DNA of 64,000 nucleotides, taken from Strigamia acuminata. Lineage: Eukaryota. The stretch covers positions 434,001-498,000 of the forward strand of contig OX442314.1 of the NCBI GenBank assembly GCA_949358305.1. The letters run 5' to 3'. The position numbers and the translations under genes are program-made. Shown piece by piece: positions 51,803-63,559 of this stretch. Position 1 is the first letter of the stretch, and every line of letters begins with the position of its first letter. A model generated the notes under the pieces. That model was not told where the DNA came from and did no database searches. It saw only the letters and a list, made by a program, of their open reading frames with translations.

Positions 51803-54246
51803 CACACAGTGTTATATCGTCTACGAGACGGCTCACACAAGATCTTATGTCTCACACGCCAATTAGGATCGACAGTGATATCCTCCTGACTTGCTAATGA
51901 CAGCAGTTTTAGCACTACGTTGGCTATTACCCACGTAAATGGGAAAACACGCCAAACCATGATACACATAAGACATAAAGAAGTCCCGTAACTTCAAAAT
52001 AGCCGGGTGCTAGTATAACCAAACTGTTAACAAGGTAGTGTTGCCTAATTCATATCCATTGTCGTCATTTGCATATATCATGAGTGGCCAGACAGTATGA
52101 AGGTAGTGCCAGATGCAGGATACCATATGTATAATAAGAAAATGACATTGCTAATTTATTACAGTACATTACTAAATTACTGTTATTAGGTCTTTATTCA
52201 GTTGCCTAGAGGTCAGATTCGCAGAATCGCAGAATCGCACCTGGCGCTGACAGGCCTTGACCTGGCCCTGTTTTTTCCTTCCTAACAAAGAAAGGGTAGT
52301 TTTGTGGGAAGTTTACTGTTCTGTAATCAGAGATGTGGAAGGTGTGTTAAACATTTTTCATTCTCATTTTTAAGAAATATTGCTTACTTGCTCCTGGTAT
52401 TTGTGTCAACTGTATTAAAGATACAGAACCGCTTTCATGTCGTAAAAACTCTCAAGTATTGATTTCAAAAACACCGGAAATATACCGTAATTCATTGGCT
52501 TTTTTAACGACGCATAATCGTCATCATAAAATTAAAATGATTGATTGACTAACTTGTTTTTCTCTTTGCATTTTGAAGCAAGCAGTTGTAGATACTCAAA
52601 GTCAGCCGGGTCAAGTTGTTCTTAGGTATCTCACATGACAGCTGTACGGTGTTAGAAGCAAACAACGTTATATTTTACTCATCTGCTGTCTTATTCTAAG
52701 CTCGAGTCAACATTTGCACACACAAGTTCAAGTAAGCTTTCTAAATATGAGTAAAACGGCTATAAAGTTAAGAAATCTGTATTATTATGGGTGCAGGATA
52801 TCAGCCCGGGCGCCGCGCAAAATGGCAAACGTTGATATTCGTATTAAGAACGTAATATCGCTTTTCACTGAGGGAAAATGTCGTCACACGCTTGGCGCTC
52901 TTATGAAGAAAATATTTCTTCTCCTGGATAGGCGCAAACGTCGGGTGTACACGCATACAGCTGCCAAACTGCGAACGTCTTCAAACTGTTGAAAATGAAT
53001 AAATGCACAATTGAGATGGCTCGTAAATTCAAAATGTCTAGGTTGAGGAGAAAGTCACAGTCCTAGCTAAGAAGTACCGACGAATTAAGACCGTCGAATA
53101 CGCCGTTTCTCCAATAAATTAAACGCAAAATATGGGCAAATAATAATTGAGGTGGTCAGATAGCCAACCATGAGAATTCAGGCTGCACAATGGCAGTATG
53201 CGCTAGAACGCACCATAAATCACACTATGAACCCTTCCAGTTAAGACAAGAGATGTGACCTGGTCAAAGGCGAAAATCATTCTGTCTATTCTTAGTGATT
53301 TGGTGAAACAAGTCACCTTTGATCACATGTTCATGGCCAAGTCTATTTCCAAAGGGAAATGGGCAAAAAACAAGTGGTCAGAGGGAAATATACAAATTTT
53401 AGGGCGCGAATGCATCAATTTATGGCAAAATTCTCATGAATGTCTGGATGGGGTGAGCATAACCAGGCTAAATTAAGGATAAATAATAAAAATAAAAGAA
53501 ATAAAATAAAATAATAAGTTTGGAATTAGGAGAAAATGAAATAATTTGGATAAATCAAAACAATTTCCTAATTAAAATGGGAAGAAATCAGGGAAAAGGT
53601 GCAAAATGCGCTTAAAATTTTCAAAAATTTCTACTGTCTAAAGTCAGGACCGTGACAAGTGATCGATTTTTCCCATTCTGCCCAGGTGGTGATATCAATA
53701 CCTTATACCTTGTAACAAATACCATGTGACGGTTATGGTCTTATACCCATGATAACCTGGGGACTGGATACCATGGGGTGGGATGCATACTCACGAAAAT
53801 AACAGACAAGGAGTCCAGATTGTTGGGTTGTTGGCCGTTAATCCGTTTGTCTAGGGGTTGGAGTCTCCAGTCTACATCCGTGTTGGCAGTGCCGCAAAGG
53901 CACGCCACATCAGCAACCGACCCACTTCTCCTTCATCGCAGAGGTACGAGCCACCATTACGCGATCATTCAGAGCAACTTGGTAGTTGCTATACCATAAC
54001 CAGTCCTCCAGTTGACGGATGAAACAAGAGCAATGGTGACATTGCATTAGTAGGCCAGTTGGGTGTTTGTTGGTCTGGTTGACTTGAAACTGTTCACACT
54101 TGTTTAAATGAAGAAAATGTTACTACACATGAAAGCAATTCATATAATATGTCACCTGACAATCAATTTAAGTCATAAGTTAAATATTAATCTCAACAGC
54201 TTTGTAATACATCGATAACTGCACTTAGAAGAAACAACGGAGAAAG

Positions 54247-54334
54247 AGGATTCAAATCGACCAGTAGGCCAAATTTAACAACTAATAAGAACTATTTAGT
54301 TGTTGAATTCGTCCTACTGGTCGATTTGAATCCT
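54247..54334. repeat. Hairpin with ~38-bp imperfect arms
   Basis: AGGATTCAAATCGACCAGTAGG... / ...CCTACTGGTCGATTTGAATCCT. Confidence 0.85.
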
Positions 54335-54485
54335 GCTTCAACTGCTTCAACTGCTTCAACTTGTTCGCATTACTATGTCGAAGCAACAGAGGACTCCGGC
54401 ATTCATCAAATTTTTGACAAATATCTCGGAGAAGAAACGAAACATCAAGATTTTATTTTGTGTGTAACTAATTATTAATTAATGT

Positions 54486-54541
54486 GACGAACCCACAGCA
54501 GTTGATGCAGCATATGCTGCATCAACTGCTGTGGGTTCGTC
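54486..54541. repeat. Perfect 56-bp palindrome with no spacer
   Basis: GACGAACCCACAGCAGTTGATGCAGCAT|ATGCTGCATCAACTGCTGTGGGTTCGTC. Confidence 0.95.
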
Positions 54542-54572
54542 CATGAAATACAATACTCGGTCTACTGTCAGT

Positions 54573-54787
54573 AGGTTTGAAATGTTAGTCTACTCAGCTT
54601 TGTAACCTAAAACTACCATGTGGAATGTATTTCCAAAATAAATTATTTCCTTTCTTTTGTGATTCCTCTCTTTTACTTACAAGTATGACCCAATAAAGTG
54701 TCCTAATTGAGGATTAGCTTGGTTGCCTCAATAGTTTTAGGTTACAAAGCTGAGTTACAAAGCTGAGTAGACCAATGTTTCAAACCT
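54573..54787. mobile_element. MITE-like inverted repeat element
   Basis: AGGTTTGAAA...TCTACTCAGCTTTGTAACCTAAAACTA mirrored at 54732-54787, with a 13-bp internal duplication in the right arm. Confidence 0.75.
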
Positions 54788-54838
54788 TTTTTTCTCAAAA
54801 CTTTTCAGGAAGAAATAATTTTTTTAAGAACAGTTCTA

Positions 54839-54948
54839 GACTATTTAGATGGTTCTCTACAACTTTGTAATTGGAAATTTTGCTCTAACCTGATTGGTTT
54901 AGAAGTTAGCAAGTGAATGACCTTGAAAATGGCCTTCAAGGTCAAATT
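54839..54948. mobile_element. Dispersed repeat, inverted copy of 26784-26892
   Basis: Direct comparison. Confidence 0.8.
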
Positions 54949-56121
54949 TGAGAACATCATTGGATTGCTCTCACCCAACTTCCTATAGGATCGCTTCATC
55001 AAAGTTGGCCTAGATGCAATTGCTCACGAAATATTTAGGAGGGGGGGGTAAGACTTTTGGGACACCCTTTATACCCACCTCTACGCAAGAATATAACAAG
55101 TTCCTTGTCAACAAAACAAAAGAACCTAACTACAAAGATCAATGTGAATTTGGTCGAATGAAGCCAGCAAATTCAAAATTTAAGCTCAGTGAGAGTCTAC
55201 AATATTCTACTACACTTATTACATAACTAAAGCCTACTTCAAAACAGTAAATCATTTTCATTTTTTCTCCTAAACAAACTAGAAAGGTTTAATCGAATGT
55301 GGAAAAATATATATTTGCAAATTATAAGACTCTGAATTCGGCCACTGCACAAGTTTCCAGTCGTAAGTCAACAATATTTCCTCTCTTCTTTATTTTTACA
55401 AGTACCTTTTTCCGTTAGCAATTTCGTTTCCATATGGGTATGCTGCTTATAAGATGGTCGTAAAACTTAATTTTCCCAAGCAATGTGAATATATCCACGT
55501 GAGTACTTATTAATTTCATCGACATGGGAAGGCCCCATAATAATACAGTATCTGAAACTTGTATTTTAATATCCCTATATCAACACTAAGAAAAATCCAT
55601 GTGATAATAATTTACATGATTGCTTACGCCCATGTCTCGTCAAACGAATGAAATGCAAGTAAGTCTTTTAATTCGACTCAATAACAGAAATCAATAAAAA
55701 AAAATTATTTTTGTGCATAAATCACAAATCAACACATTTCAAAAATATTTTTTTATCTGACTGTTAGAAGTTAACTTTAATAAAAGTTGTGACATTAGAT
55801 ATCCATTTTATGAAGCAAGAAATCTACCGGAATGCAATTACAAAAACACTTTGATTCAGTGCATGCAAATAGATAATCTTACAAAAAATAATGCCCCAGC
55901 ATCACAGTGTAGATGTGGTAATTTATGTGATGAGACAAGTTTCAGCCAAAGATTCGACAGAACAACTAGTGATGGAGATGAAATAGACATTTATGTTGTC
56001 AGTACTTTCGTTCGAACATTAGTCGAACACTTTTCTTCGGTTTGTATTCTCGGCTCAACTCTGTGAAAAAAAACCGGGAAATTAATTCGAAGTTTAATTA
56101 ATTACTCGAATCAATTTCCTC

Positions 56122-56300
56122 TTAGGCCTATTCGGCCGAGATTCGACAACAAAAGCCGAAACTTGCATCGCTCGATGAGTTGAGTTTGAACTTGCGCCGT
56201 TGCGTTTGATTTGTCTTTGTTAGTTGATACAACGTTGAATTTCGCCGGCAGATGGACCGCTAGACGGAGATCGATCGGTCGCAACCGTTCGACCAACAAA
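56122..56300 (+). pseudogene. Decayed exon fragment homologous to 58860-58990 (inverted)
   Basis: ATTCGACAACAAAAGCCGAAACTTGCATCGCTCGATGAG aligns with the reverse complement of ~58945-58982. Confidence 0.55.
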
Positions 56301-56629
56301 AACGAATATGCACCTCCATATTTCCAGTAGAAGATAAAAATGTATGAAAATGATTCTAATCTTTAAATATTTCATTTTTATGTTGAAATTTAACCAATTT
56401 ATTGTTTGCTAAAGGTGCGTGACAAAATTAATTGAAGTTGAATGTGAAATTAGTGGGTAAACTACGGAAATTTCATGAATTTTCCAGTCCAGTCGCAGAA
56501 AATTTAAAATTTTGACCAAAATTGGAATATTTTTTGATCAGAATTCCTTTCAACCAAGTCGGAAATTTTCCCAGTCGTAAGGAATCCTGGTCGAAAATTT
56601 TTCCGGTCAAAAATAATCCTGTTGTCAAA

Positions 56630-56890
56630 AATATTTTTGGTCGGAAAAAATCGGAAAAAAAATCGGCAAAAAATAGAAAAACATAAAAAATCGGAAAAAC
56701 TCGGAAAAAAAATCGGCAAAAAATAGGAAAACATAGAAAAAAATCGGAAAAAATCGAAAAAGGTCGGAAAAAATAAGAAAAAAACCAAAAAATTAAGGAA
56801 AAAATAAGAAAAAAACCGGAAAAATAGGAAAAAACAGGAAAAAACAGGAAAAAATCGGAAAAAACTGGAAAAAAATAAATGGAAAAACCT
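56630..56890. repeat. Degenerate A-tract repeat (GGAAAAAAATC), ~10-11-bp period
   Basis: Read directly. Confidence 0.75.
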
Positions 56891-57029
56891 CTCCAAAAGG
56901 AGAAAATATTTGTCTTCTTCCTCTCCCTTTAGAGAAATAAAAAAGAATAAAAATTGAATAAACTTAAAAGAAAAGGTTAAATTTCAGTCACCACAATTCT
57001 TTAAATAATTTTATCAAATTTCAGTCTTG

Positions 57030-57468
57030 CCTCCGACGCCTGCGCTTCCGGGTGCGTCTGCAGGTACTCTTGCTTCGCCTTCTTGGCGCCCTCCTGAACC
57101 TCCAACCGAAAATCAAGGACACTTGACAAGTGAGTTGAAATGCGATTGATTAACTTTTGTAACTCATCAATTAATAATTATTAATGTCCGTTCTCGAAAT
57201 GCGTGTAGTCCTTGAAATGCGTGTAGTCCTTGATGGGCTCGCGACACACGTAGCAGAAGAACTGCTCGATCTCGTCGCAGCGCAGCGGAAGGTGGTTCGC
57301 TTCCTTGCAAAATCTTTTTCAAGAGAATTAAAAACAAAAAATTTTTGTTTTTATTCTTATTTTGTCACCTGCACGTCACTTCGGGACATTCCGAGTTCAG
57401 GCAGCGGAAGATCTTGATGTTGGTGTCCGGCATGGTGGAGCAGAAGGAGCACGACTCGAGGTTTGCAC
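57030..57468 (-). pseudogene. Inverted, internally deleted RNF216 fragment (IBR to C-terminal exon)
   Basis: The minus strand encodes IKIFRCLNSECPEVTCR|FCKEANHLPLRCDEIEQ-FFCYVCREPIKDYTHF and LEVQEGAKKAKQEYLQTHPE; one intron is retained; the RING2 catalytic segment is deleted. Confidence 0.85.
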
Positions 57469-57591
57469 ACTCCACAAGGGTAGGGTGACCTCGGGGCCAT
57501 TGGGCAGTTAATGTTAGGGACACTGGGTGCCCTTGGGTGACCAAACAATCACAAAATAATCAACTTAGTTGATTAATTCGATTAATTACAG

Positions 57592-58512
57592 AACCGTTAC
57601 TCAAGAAAAGGAGGAAGAAGTTGAAGAGCCGCAACAAATCGACGAACTCTTCTACAAAGAGAAGTTGTTCATCGAGATGGAAGACGGGATCATTCGTACA
57701 GTTTAAAAAGCAAAAATCGTGTCGTGTAAATACATGTCATTTCTTTTCTAGAATACAAGAAGAGGCGGAACGTGTGAGTAAAATCGAAGTGGCGAAGGCA
57801 AACGACGAACTGATGGAGTGCAGTTGCTGCTTCGAGGACGAAGTGCTCTTGGAGGACATGCTGCAGAGTGTTTTAGCGCACAATGTGTTTTCAAACGTCG
57901 TGCGCAAGATGCAGGAGGTGGAGATCTGGCGCGCAGACATCCCAGACCTCGAGTCGTGTCCTCACTGCTCGTTCTGCGCCATCATTCCGGACGCGAACTT
58001 CAAGATCTTTCACTGCCTCAACCCAGAGTGTCTTAAAGTGACGTGCAGGTGACGAAAGTAGAAATAAAAAATTAAATAAAATGCTAATTTAGTAAATGAA
58101 GATTGTGCAAGGAAGCGAACCATCTCCCGCTACGCTGCGACGAGATCAAGCAGAAACCGGAAGTGCGGTGTCCGAAGTGCAAGCGACGCGTCATCAAAGA
58201 ACAAAGCTGCAACAAGATGACGTGCACGTGCGGCCAGATGTTCTGCTACGTGTGTCGCGAGGCCATCAAGGACTACACGCATTTCGACAACGGAAGGTGA
58301 AGCGAGGCTTGATCTAAATGCAAATTGATGAATTAATCCGACTTCAGGCGTCCCAAATTCTCAAACGACGCCAAAATGCATCGGCTGGAGGTGGAACAGG
58401 GCGCCAAGAAGGCGAACCAAGAGTACATCGAGACGCATCCGGAAGCAAAGGCGGTCGAGTCGAGCTGCGCCACGACCCGGCCAAAACGCCGTTCGCGGCC
58501 GTGCAGAAGTCC
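57592..58512 (+). pseudogene. Partial RNF216 duplicate (exons 4-7) with deletions
   Basis: Same exon structure as the gene at 59268. Most of RING1 and the IBR-RING2 linker are deleted, there are frameshifts, and the 5' exons are absent. Confidence 0.88.
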
Positions 58513-58668
58513 CGGCTGCAGTACGGAGGTCGAAATAAAAAACATTTTGGGCGCCAACATGCAAAAATCAAATCAAAATTAAAATCAAAACAAATTAAAT
58601 TATAAATTAAAATCAAATCAAATTAAAAATTAAAACCAAAATCAAATTTAAACCAAAATGAAAATCAC

Positions 58669-58990
58669 CTTGATTATGATTTCCGAACAAACACAGCACT
58701 CGAGTTCGCTTTCCTAGCTGAGTTTCGTCACAATTTCGCTCTGACTTTTGTGTTTGTCCGCCATCGTCTCCAATTCCTCGCTCACAATCGCCAGATGTCG
58801 CTCCTTCACTTCGAGCATCTCTGGCCGCCATCAGAGTCTATTGACTCTGCCGCCATTAGCAGAAGCGTGCTGGTCGACTGGTTGCGACCGGTCTCCGCCC
58901 GGTGCATCGACGCATCGCAGCGCGCGCCATTTCAAATTCATCTCATTGAGCCGTGCAGGATTCGGCTTTTATTTTCGAATCGTGGCCTAA
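58669..58990 (-). pseudogene. Fragment of a coiled-coil + RING protein gene (RNF8-like)
   Basis: EMLEVKERHLAIVSEELETMADKHKSQSEIVTKLS*ESELECCVCSEIIIK followed by a GT donor; in-frame stop. Resembles the coiled-coil-to-RING junction of RNF8-type ligases. Confidence 0.45.
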
Positions 58991-59267
58991 AAGCCTAAAA
59001 GCCTAAAAGCTTCTGAGCTTTGCGGCTTCTTTTTTTCTATGAACATTTGGCAGCGATTGTAATAATTCGACAATAACAAATCGATCGCGGCGCAATATTC
59101 TTTTCGGTAATTCCGATAGCGAATTAATTCGAGCAAAATTCCCGTTTATATTCGCCTTTTTTGATTGCAGAGCTGAGCCGTGATGAATAAATACACTGAT
59201 TCCTTAATTTAATAATGAAAAACGATGAACAAAGTTGAGTTTTTAAGATGCCGCCACAGCATCGACG

Positions 59268-62200
59268 ATGAACGGCGACGAGGATTACGACGACACCGAT
59301 CGTCCGGACACGTCCGGCCATCACATTGAAGAAGATGACATTGGCGAGGTATTAAATTGCTCATTTAATCATCAATTATATTTTATTGATTTTTCATTGA
59401 TTTTTCCTACTTTTCATTGATTTTTCTTATATTTTATTGATTTTTCAGTGATTTTTTCAGTGATTTTTTGTATTTTATTGATTTATCCGATTTTTCATGG
59501 ATTTTTCCGATTTTTCATTAATTTATCCGATTTTTCGTCGATTTTTCATTGATTTATCCGATTTTTCGTCGATTTTTCATTGATTTATCCGATTTTTCGT
59601 CGATTTTTCATTGATTTATCCGATTTTTCGTCGATTTTTCATTGATTTATCCGATTTTTCGTCGATTTTTCATTGATTTATCCGATTTTTCGTCGATTTT
59701 CCTTCAATTTTAGTGATTTTTCATTAATTTTTCCGATTTTCCATTAGTACCAAACGAAATAATGCATTTTTTTTATTGTACACGTAGGATGTGGGTTCGA
59801 TCGTTAGGACGCTCCGGGAACTGCATCCAGAATTGGCGGTGGATGCGAACGAAGTGTACGCGCTGGTCGAATCGGAACGCGCGACTCCCGACAGACAGAA
59901 AATCGTAATCGAGCGGTTCGTCACCGGGCGGACGACGGCGGGCAAAGTTGACGAAGCGCCGACGCAAAAGACAGCGGACAAATACGACGAACTAGTGAAC
60001 GATGTGGACGTCGTGAGGAAATTCGTCCCGAACAAAAGCAGGGAAGAGATCCTCGCGTATTTGGAGGCGTTTCACGCGAATCCCGACAGAGTGCGCATCG
60101 TCATCGACGAGTTGCTCGAAGTGAACGGAAATGCCGGACGGAACATCGACATGGAGTTGCCTTCATTGGGCATGGACGGAACGGCGTCCACTTCGAACGA
60201 TGAAGCGACGACGATGGAAAAGGTGAACTCGATTTTGGAGGTGTTTCCGGACGCGGATCCCGGATATTTGCGCGGTTTTGTCGAGAAATTTAAGAACGAT
60301 GTGAATTATTTAAACGCGACGGTTTCCGGATGGTTGGAGAGTCGTTCTTATCCGAAGGCGGCTGAAGCGCAGAAGGCGGCGACCAAGCGCAAGTTTATCG
60401 AAAGGTTTGCTTTTTGTTTTCTGGATTTATGTGCACAAAACGTTTTTATTCATTTTTATTATCATTTTTTTATCCATTTTTCTGATAATTTTTCTTGTTT
60501 TTTATTGATTTTTTTGGTTTTTTATTGATTTTTTTAGGTTTTTCATTGATTTTTCTTATTTTTTATTGATTTTTTCATTGATTTCTTCGTTTTTTCATTA
60601 ATTTTTCCGATTTTTTATTGATTTTTCATTGATTTTTTCCGATTTATCATTTTTTTCATTGATTTTTTCCGATTTATCATTGATTTCTTCGTTTTTTCAT
60701 TGATTTTTCTTATTTTTCGTTGATTTTTCAACGATTTGTCTTTGTTTTGCAGCGACTTCAGCGTCGAAGAGTTCCTGGAGATGTTCCCGGACCCGGAAAA
60801 CTACTTCAAAAACCAAGACCGAGTAGTGAGTGCATCGTACAAGTCGCACGTCCAATGTTACGTGGAAAACCAATTTCGACACGCGTACAAAGCCGATTTG
60901 ACGCAAGTGATAGAGCGACACCGCTTCCACCTCACGCCCATCATGAAAGAGATGAATGCGCTCTGGAACATTTCCCCCACCGACGGTCAATTAACCAAAC
61001 GAAAATGAGCTCACACTAAATAATAAACGATTAATTGCAGAGCCCTTACTCAAGAAAAGGCGAGAAACCGTGAGGAAGAAGAAGACCATGAGCGCCCTCA
61101 AAGCCATGCCGGCACAAGTCGACGAACTCTTCTACAAAGAGAAATTGTTCATGGAAATGGAAGAAAGAATCAAACGTATTCGAAAGAAACATCACGTCGA
61201 AAATTGATCGAATCTAGGACTTCACATCCGCCATTTTTTAGAAATGGCGGACAACTGACATCCCGCATTTACGTTTTTGGCGGACGTTATAACAACAGTT
61301 CAATTTTACTTAACGTTTGATTTAAAAATAATGCCCGAAAATTATTTATTGTATTTTTAGATATTATTTTAAAATCAAACGTTAAATAAAATTGAACTAT
61401 AGTTAAAACGTCTGCCAAAAACGTAAATGCGGGATGTCAGTTGTCCGCCATTTGCCCGCAAAATACGCCATTTTGCACCGTTTCAACCGGATGGCGCCAC
61501 GAACACAAGACAGAAGTCCTGTACGATTGAATGCATTATTAATTATATTAATTTTTGTTTGTTTAGAATTCAGAAAGGACAAGGTGGCGGAGCGAGAGCA
61601 GAAAATCGCAATGGTGAAAGAAAAGGGCGAGCTGATGGAGTGCAGCTGCTGCTTCGAGGACGAACTGCTGATCGAGGACATGCTGCAGTGCTCTGACGGA
61701 CACTTGTTCTGCCGATCGTGCATCCGGCGCCACGCCGAGGTGCACGTCGGCCAGGACAAGTACGAATTCCCGTGCCTCGACCCGTACTGTGAGCACGGTT
61801 TTCCGCCGATCGTGCTGCAGAAGGTGCTGCCGCCCAACGTGTTCTCCAGCATCGTGCGCAAGATGCAGGAGGAGGAGATCAGGCGCGCGGACATCCCGGA
61901 TTTGGAGTCGTGTCCGCACTGCTCCTTCTGCGCCATCTTGCCGGACGCGACCCTCAAGATATTCCGTTGTCTTAACCCCGAATGTCTTAAAGTGACGTGC
62001 AGGTGACGAAATGAGGAAATAGAATAATATAAAATGCTAATTTGGTTTGGAAATGAAGGTTGTGCAAGGAAGCGAACCACCTTCCCCTGCGCTGCGACGA
62101 GATCGAGCAGAAGCCGGAAGTGCAGTACCGCACGTACATCGAGGATCAGATGACGGACGCGTTGTTGCGGACGTGTCCCCGGTGCAAACGCCGTATCATC

Positions 62201-63559
62201 AAGGAGTATGGCTGCAACAAGATGACGTGCACGTGCGGCCAACACTTTTGCTATGTATGTCGCGAGGCCATCAAGGACTACAAGCATTTCGACAACGGAA
62301 GGTGAGTTTGTGAACAAATGGGTGAAATTGAAATTAAATGAAATCCAATTTTAGGCAAAATATCCAATTTTAGGCCAAAAATCCAATTTTAGGCCAAAAA
62401 TCCAATTTTAGGCCAAAAATCCAATTTTAGGCCAAAAATCCAATTTTAGGCCAAAAATCCAATTTTAGGCCAAAAATCCAATTTTAGGCCAAAAATCCAA
62501 TTTTAGGCCAAAAATCCAATTTTAGGCCAAAAATCCAATTTTAGTCCAAATATCCAATTTTCAAATAATTCAATTTTCGGCCAAAAATCCAATTTTCCAA
62601 ACATCCAAAAAAAATTCAATTTTCCAAAAATCCAATTTTAGACCAAAAATTCAATTTTCCAAAAATCCAATTTTAGACCAAAAATCCAATTTTAGACCAA
62701 AAATCCAATTTTAGACCAAAAATCCAATTTTAGACCAAAAATCCAATTTTAGACCAAAAATCCAATTTTAGACCAAAAATCCAATTTTAGACCAAAAATC
62801 CAATTTTAGACCAAAAATCCAATTTTAGACCAAAAATCCAATTTTAGACCAAAAATCCAATTTTAGACCAAAAATCCAATTTTAGACCAAAAATCCAATT
62901 TTTCAAAAGTCTAATTTCAAGTTAAAAATCCAATTTTCCAAAAATCCAATTTTAGGCCAAAAATATTTCAATTTTCCGAAAATCTCTTTTTAGGCCAAAA
63001 ATCCAATTTTCCAAAAATCCAATTTTAGGCCAAAAATATTTCAATTTCCCAAGAAGCCAATTTCAGGCCATAAATGTACATACTAATTGTATTTGAACGC
63101 AGATGTCCGCAATACTCGAACGACGCTGAACTGCATCGGCTGGAAGTGCAGGAGGGCGCCAAGAAGGCGCGGCAAGACTACGTGCAGGCGCACCCGGAAG
63201 TGCAGACGGTCGAGCTGCGCCACGACCCGACGAAAACGCCGTTCGCGGCCGTGCAGAGGCAGCAGCAGCAGTACGCGCAAGGCGCCGTGCCGATCGTCAA
63301 CGAGCGCGGTCAAATCGTGTTCCAGCGACCACCGCTGCGCCAGCCCCAACAGCCGCTCATTCCCCTCGTGAACGCGGTCCGACCGATACCGATCCGACCC
63401 GTGCTGGCGCGACCAGTGCCGAGGCCCCCGAACAACGCAGCGGCGCAAGCGGCGAACAACGCGGGCGCACAAGGCGCAGGTGCGTAACTCGTTTCGTTTT
63501 TCGTCCAATTAACGAGGAGGATTTGATTCCGTTTAGCAGGCAACAAACGGAATAACTGA
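59268..63559 (+). CDS. RNF216: RBR E3 ubiquitin ligase RNF216/TRIAD3-like; exons approx. 59268-59348, 59788-60403, 60753-60985, 61041-61175, 61567-62002, 62059-62301, 63103-63478, 63537-63559
   Basis: RING1 (ECSCCFED...CSDGHLFCRSC...CLDPYC), IBR (CPHCSF...FRCLNPECLKVTCRLCK..HLPLRCDE), RING2 with catalytic GCNKMTC.CG..FCYVCR..I..Y.HF; CUE-like ILEVFPDADP. The last small exon is uncertain (unspliced stop at 63487). Confidence 0.88.
59380..59745. repeat. 31-bp array GATTTTTCATTGATTTATCCGATTTTTCGTC (related degenerate tract 60500-60725)
   Basis: Read directly. Confidence 0.9.
61242..61453. mobile_element. Foldback/MITE with ~90-bp inverted arms in RNF216 intron 4
   Basis: AAATGGCGGACAACTGACATCCCGCATTTACGTTTTTGGC... 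mirrored by ...GCCAAAAACGTAAATGCGGGATGTCAGTTGTCCGCCATTT. Confidence 0.9.
62341..63070. repeat. 20-bp array AAAATCCAATTTTAG(G/A)CCAA
   Basis: Read directly; two homogeneous sub-blocks (GGCC then GACC). Confidence 0.95.

Noticed and set aside
53725..54098. Possible third solo LTR (TGTGAC...TTCACA, internal TGTCTAGGGG)
   Set aside because: No matching target-site duplication found.
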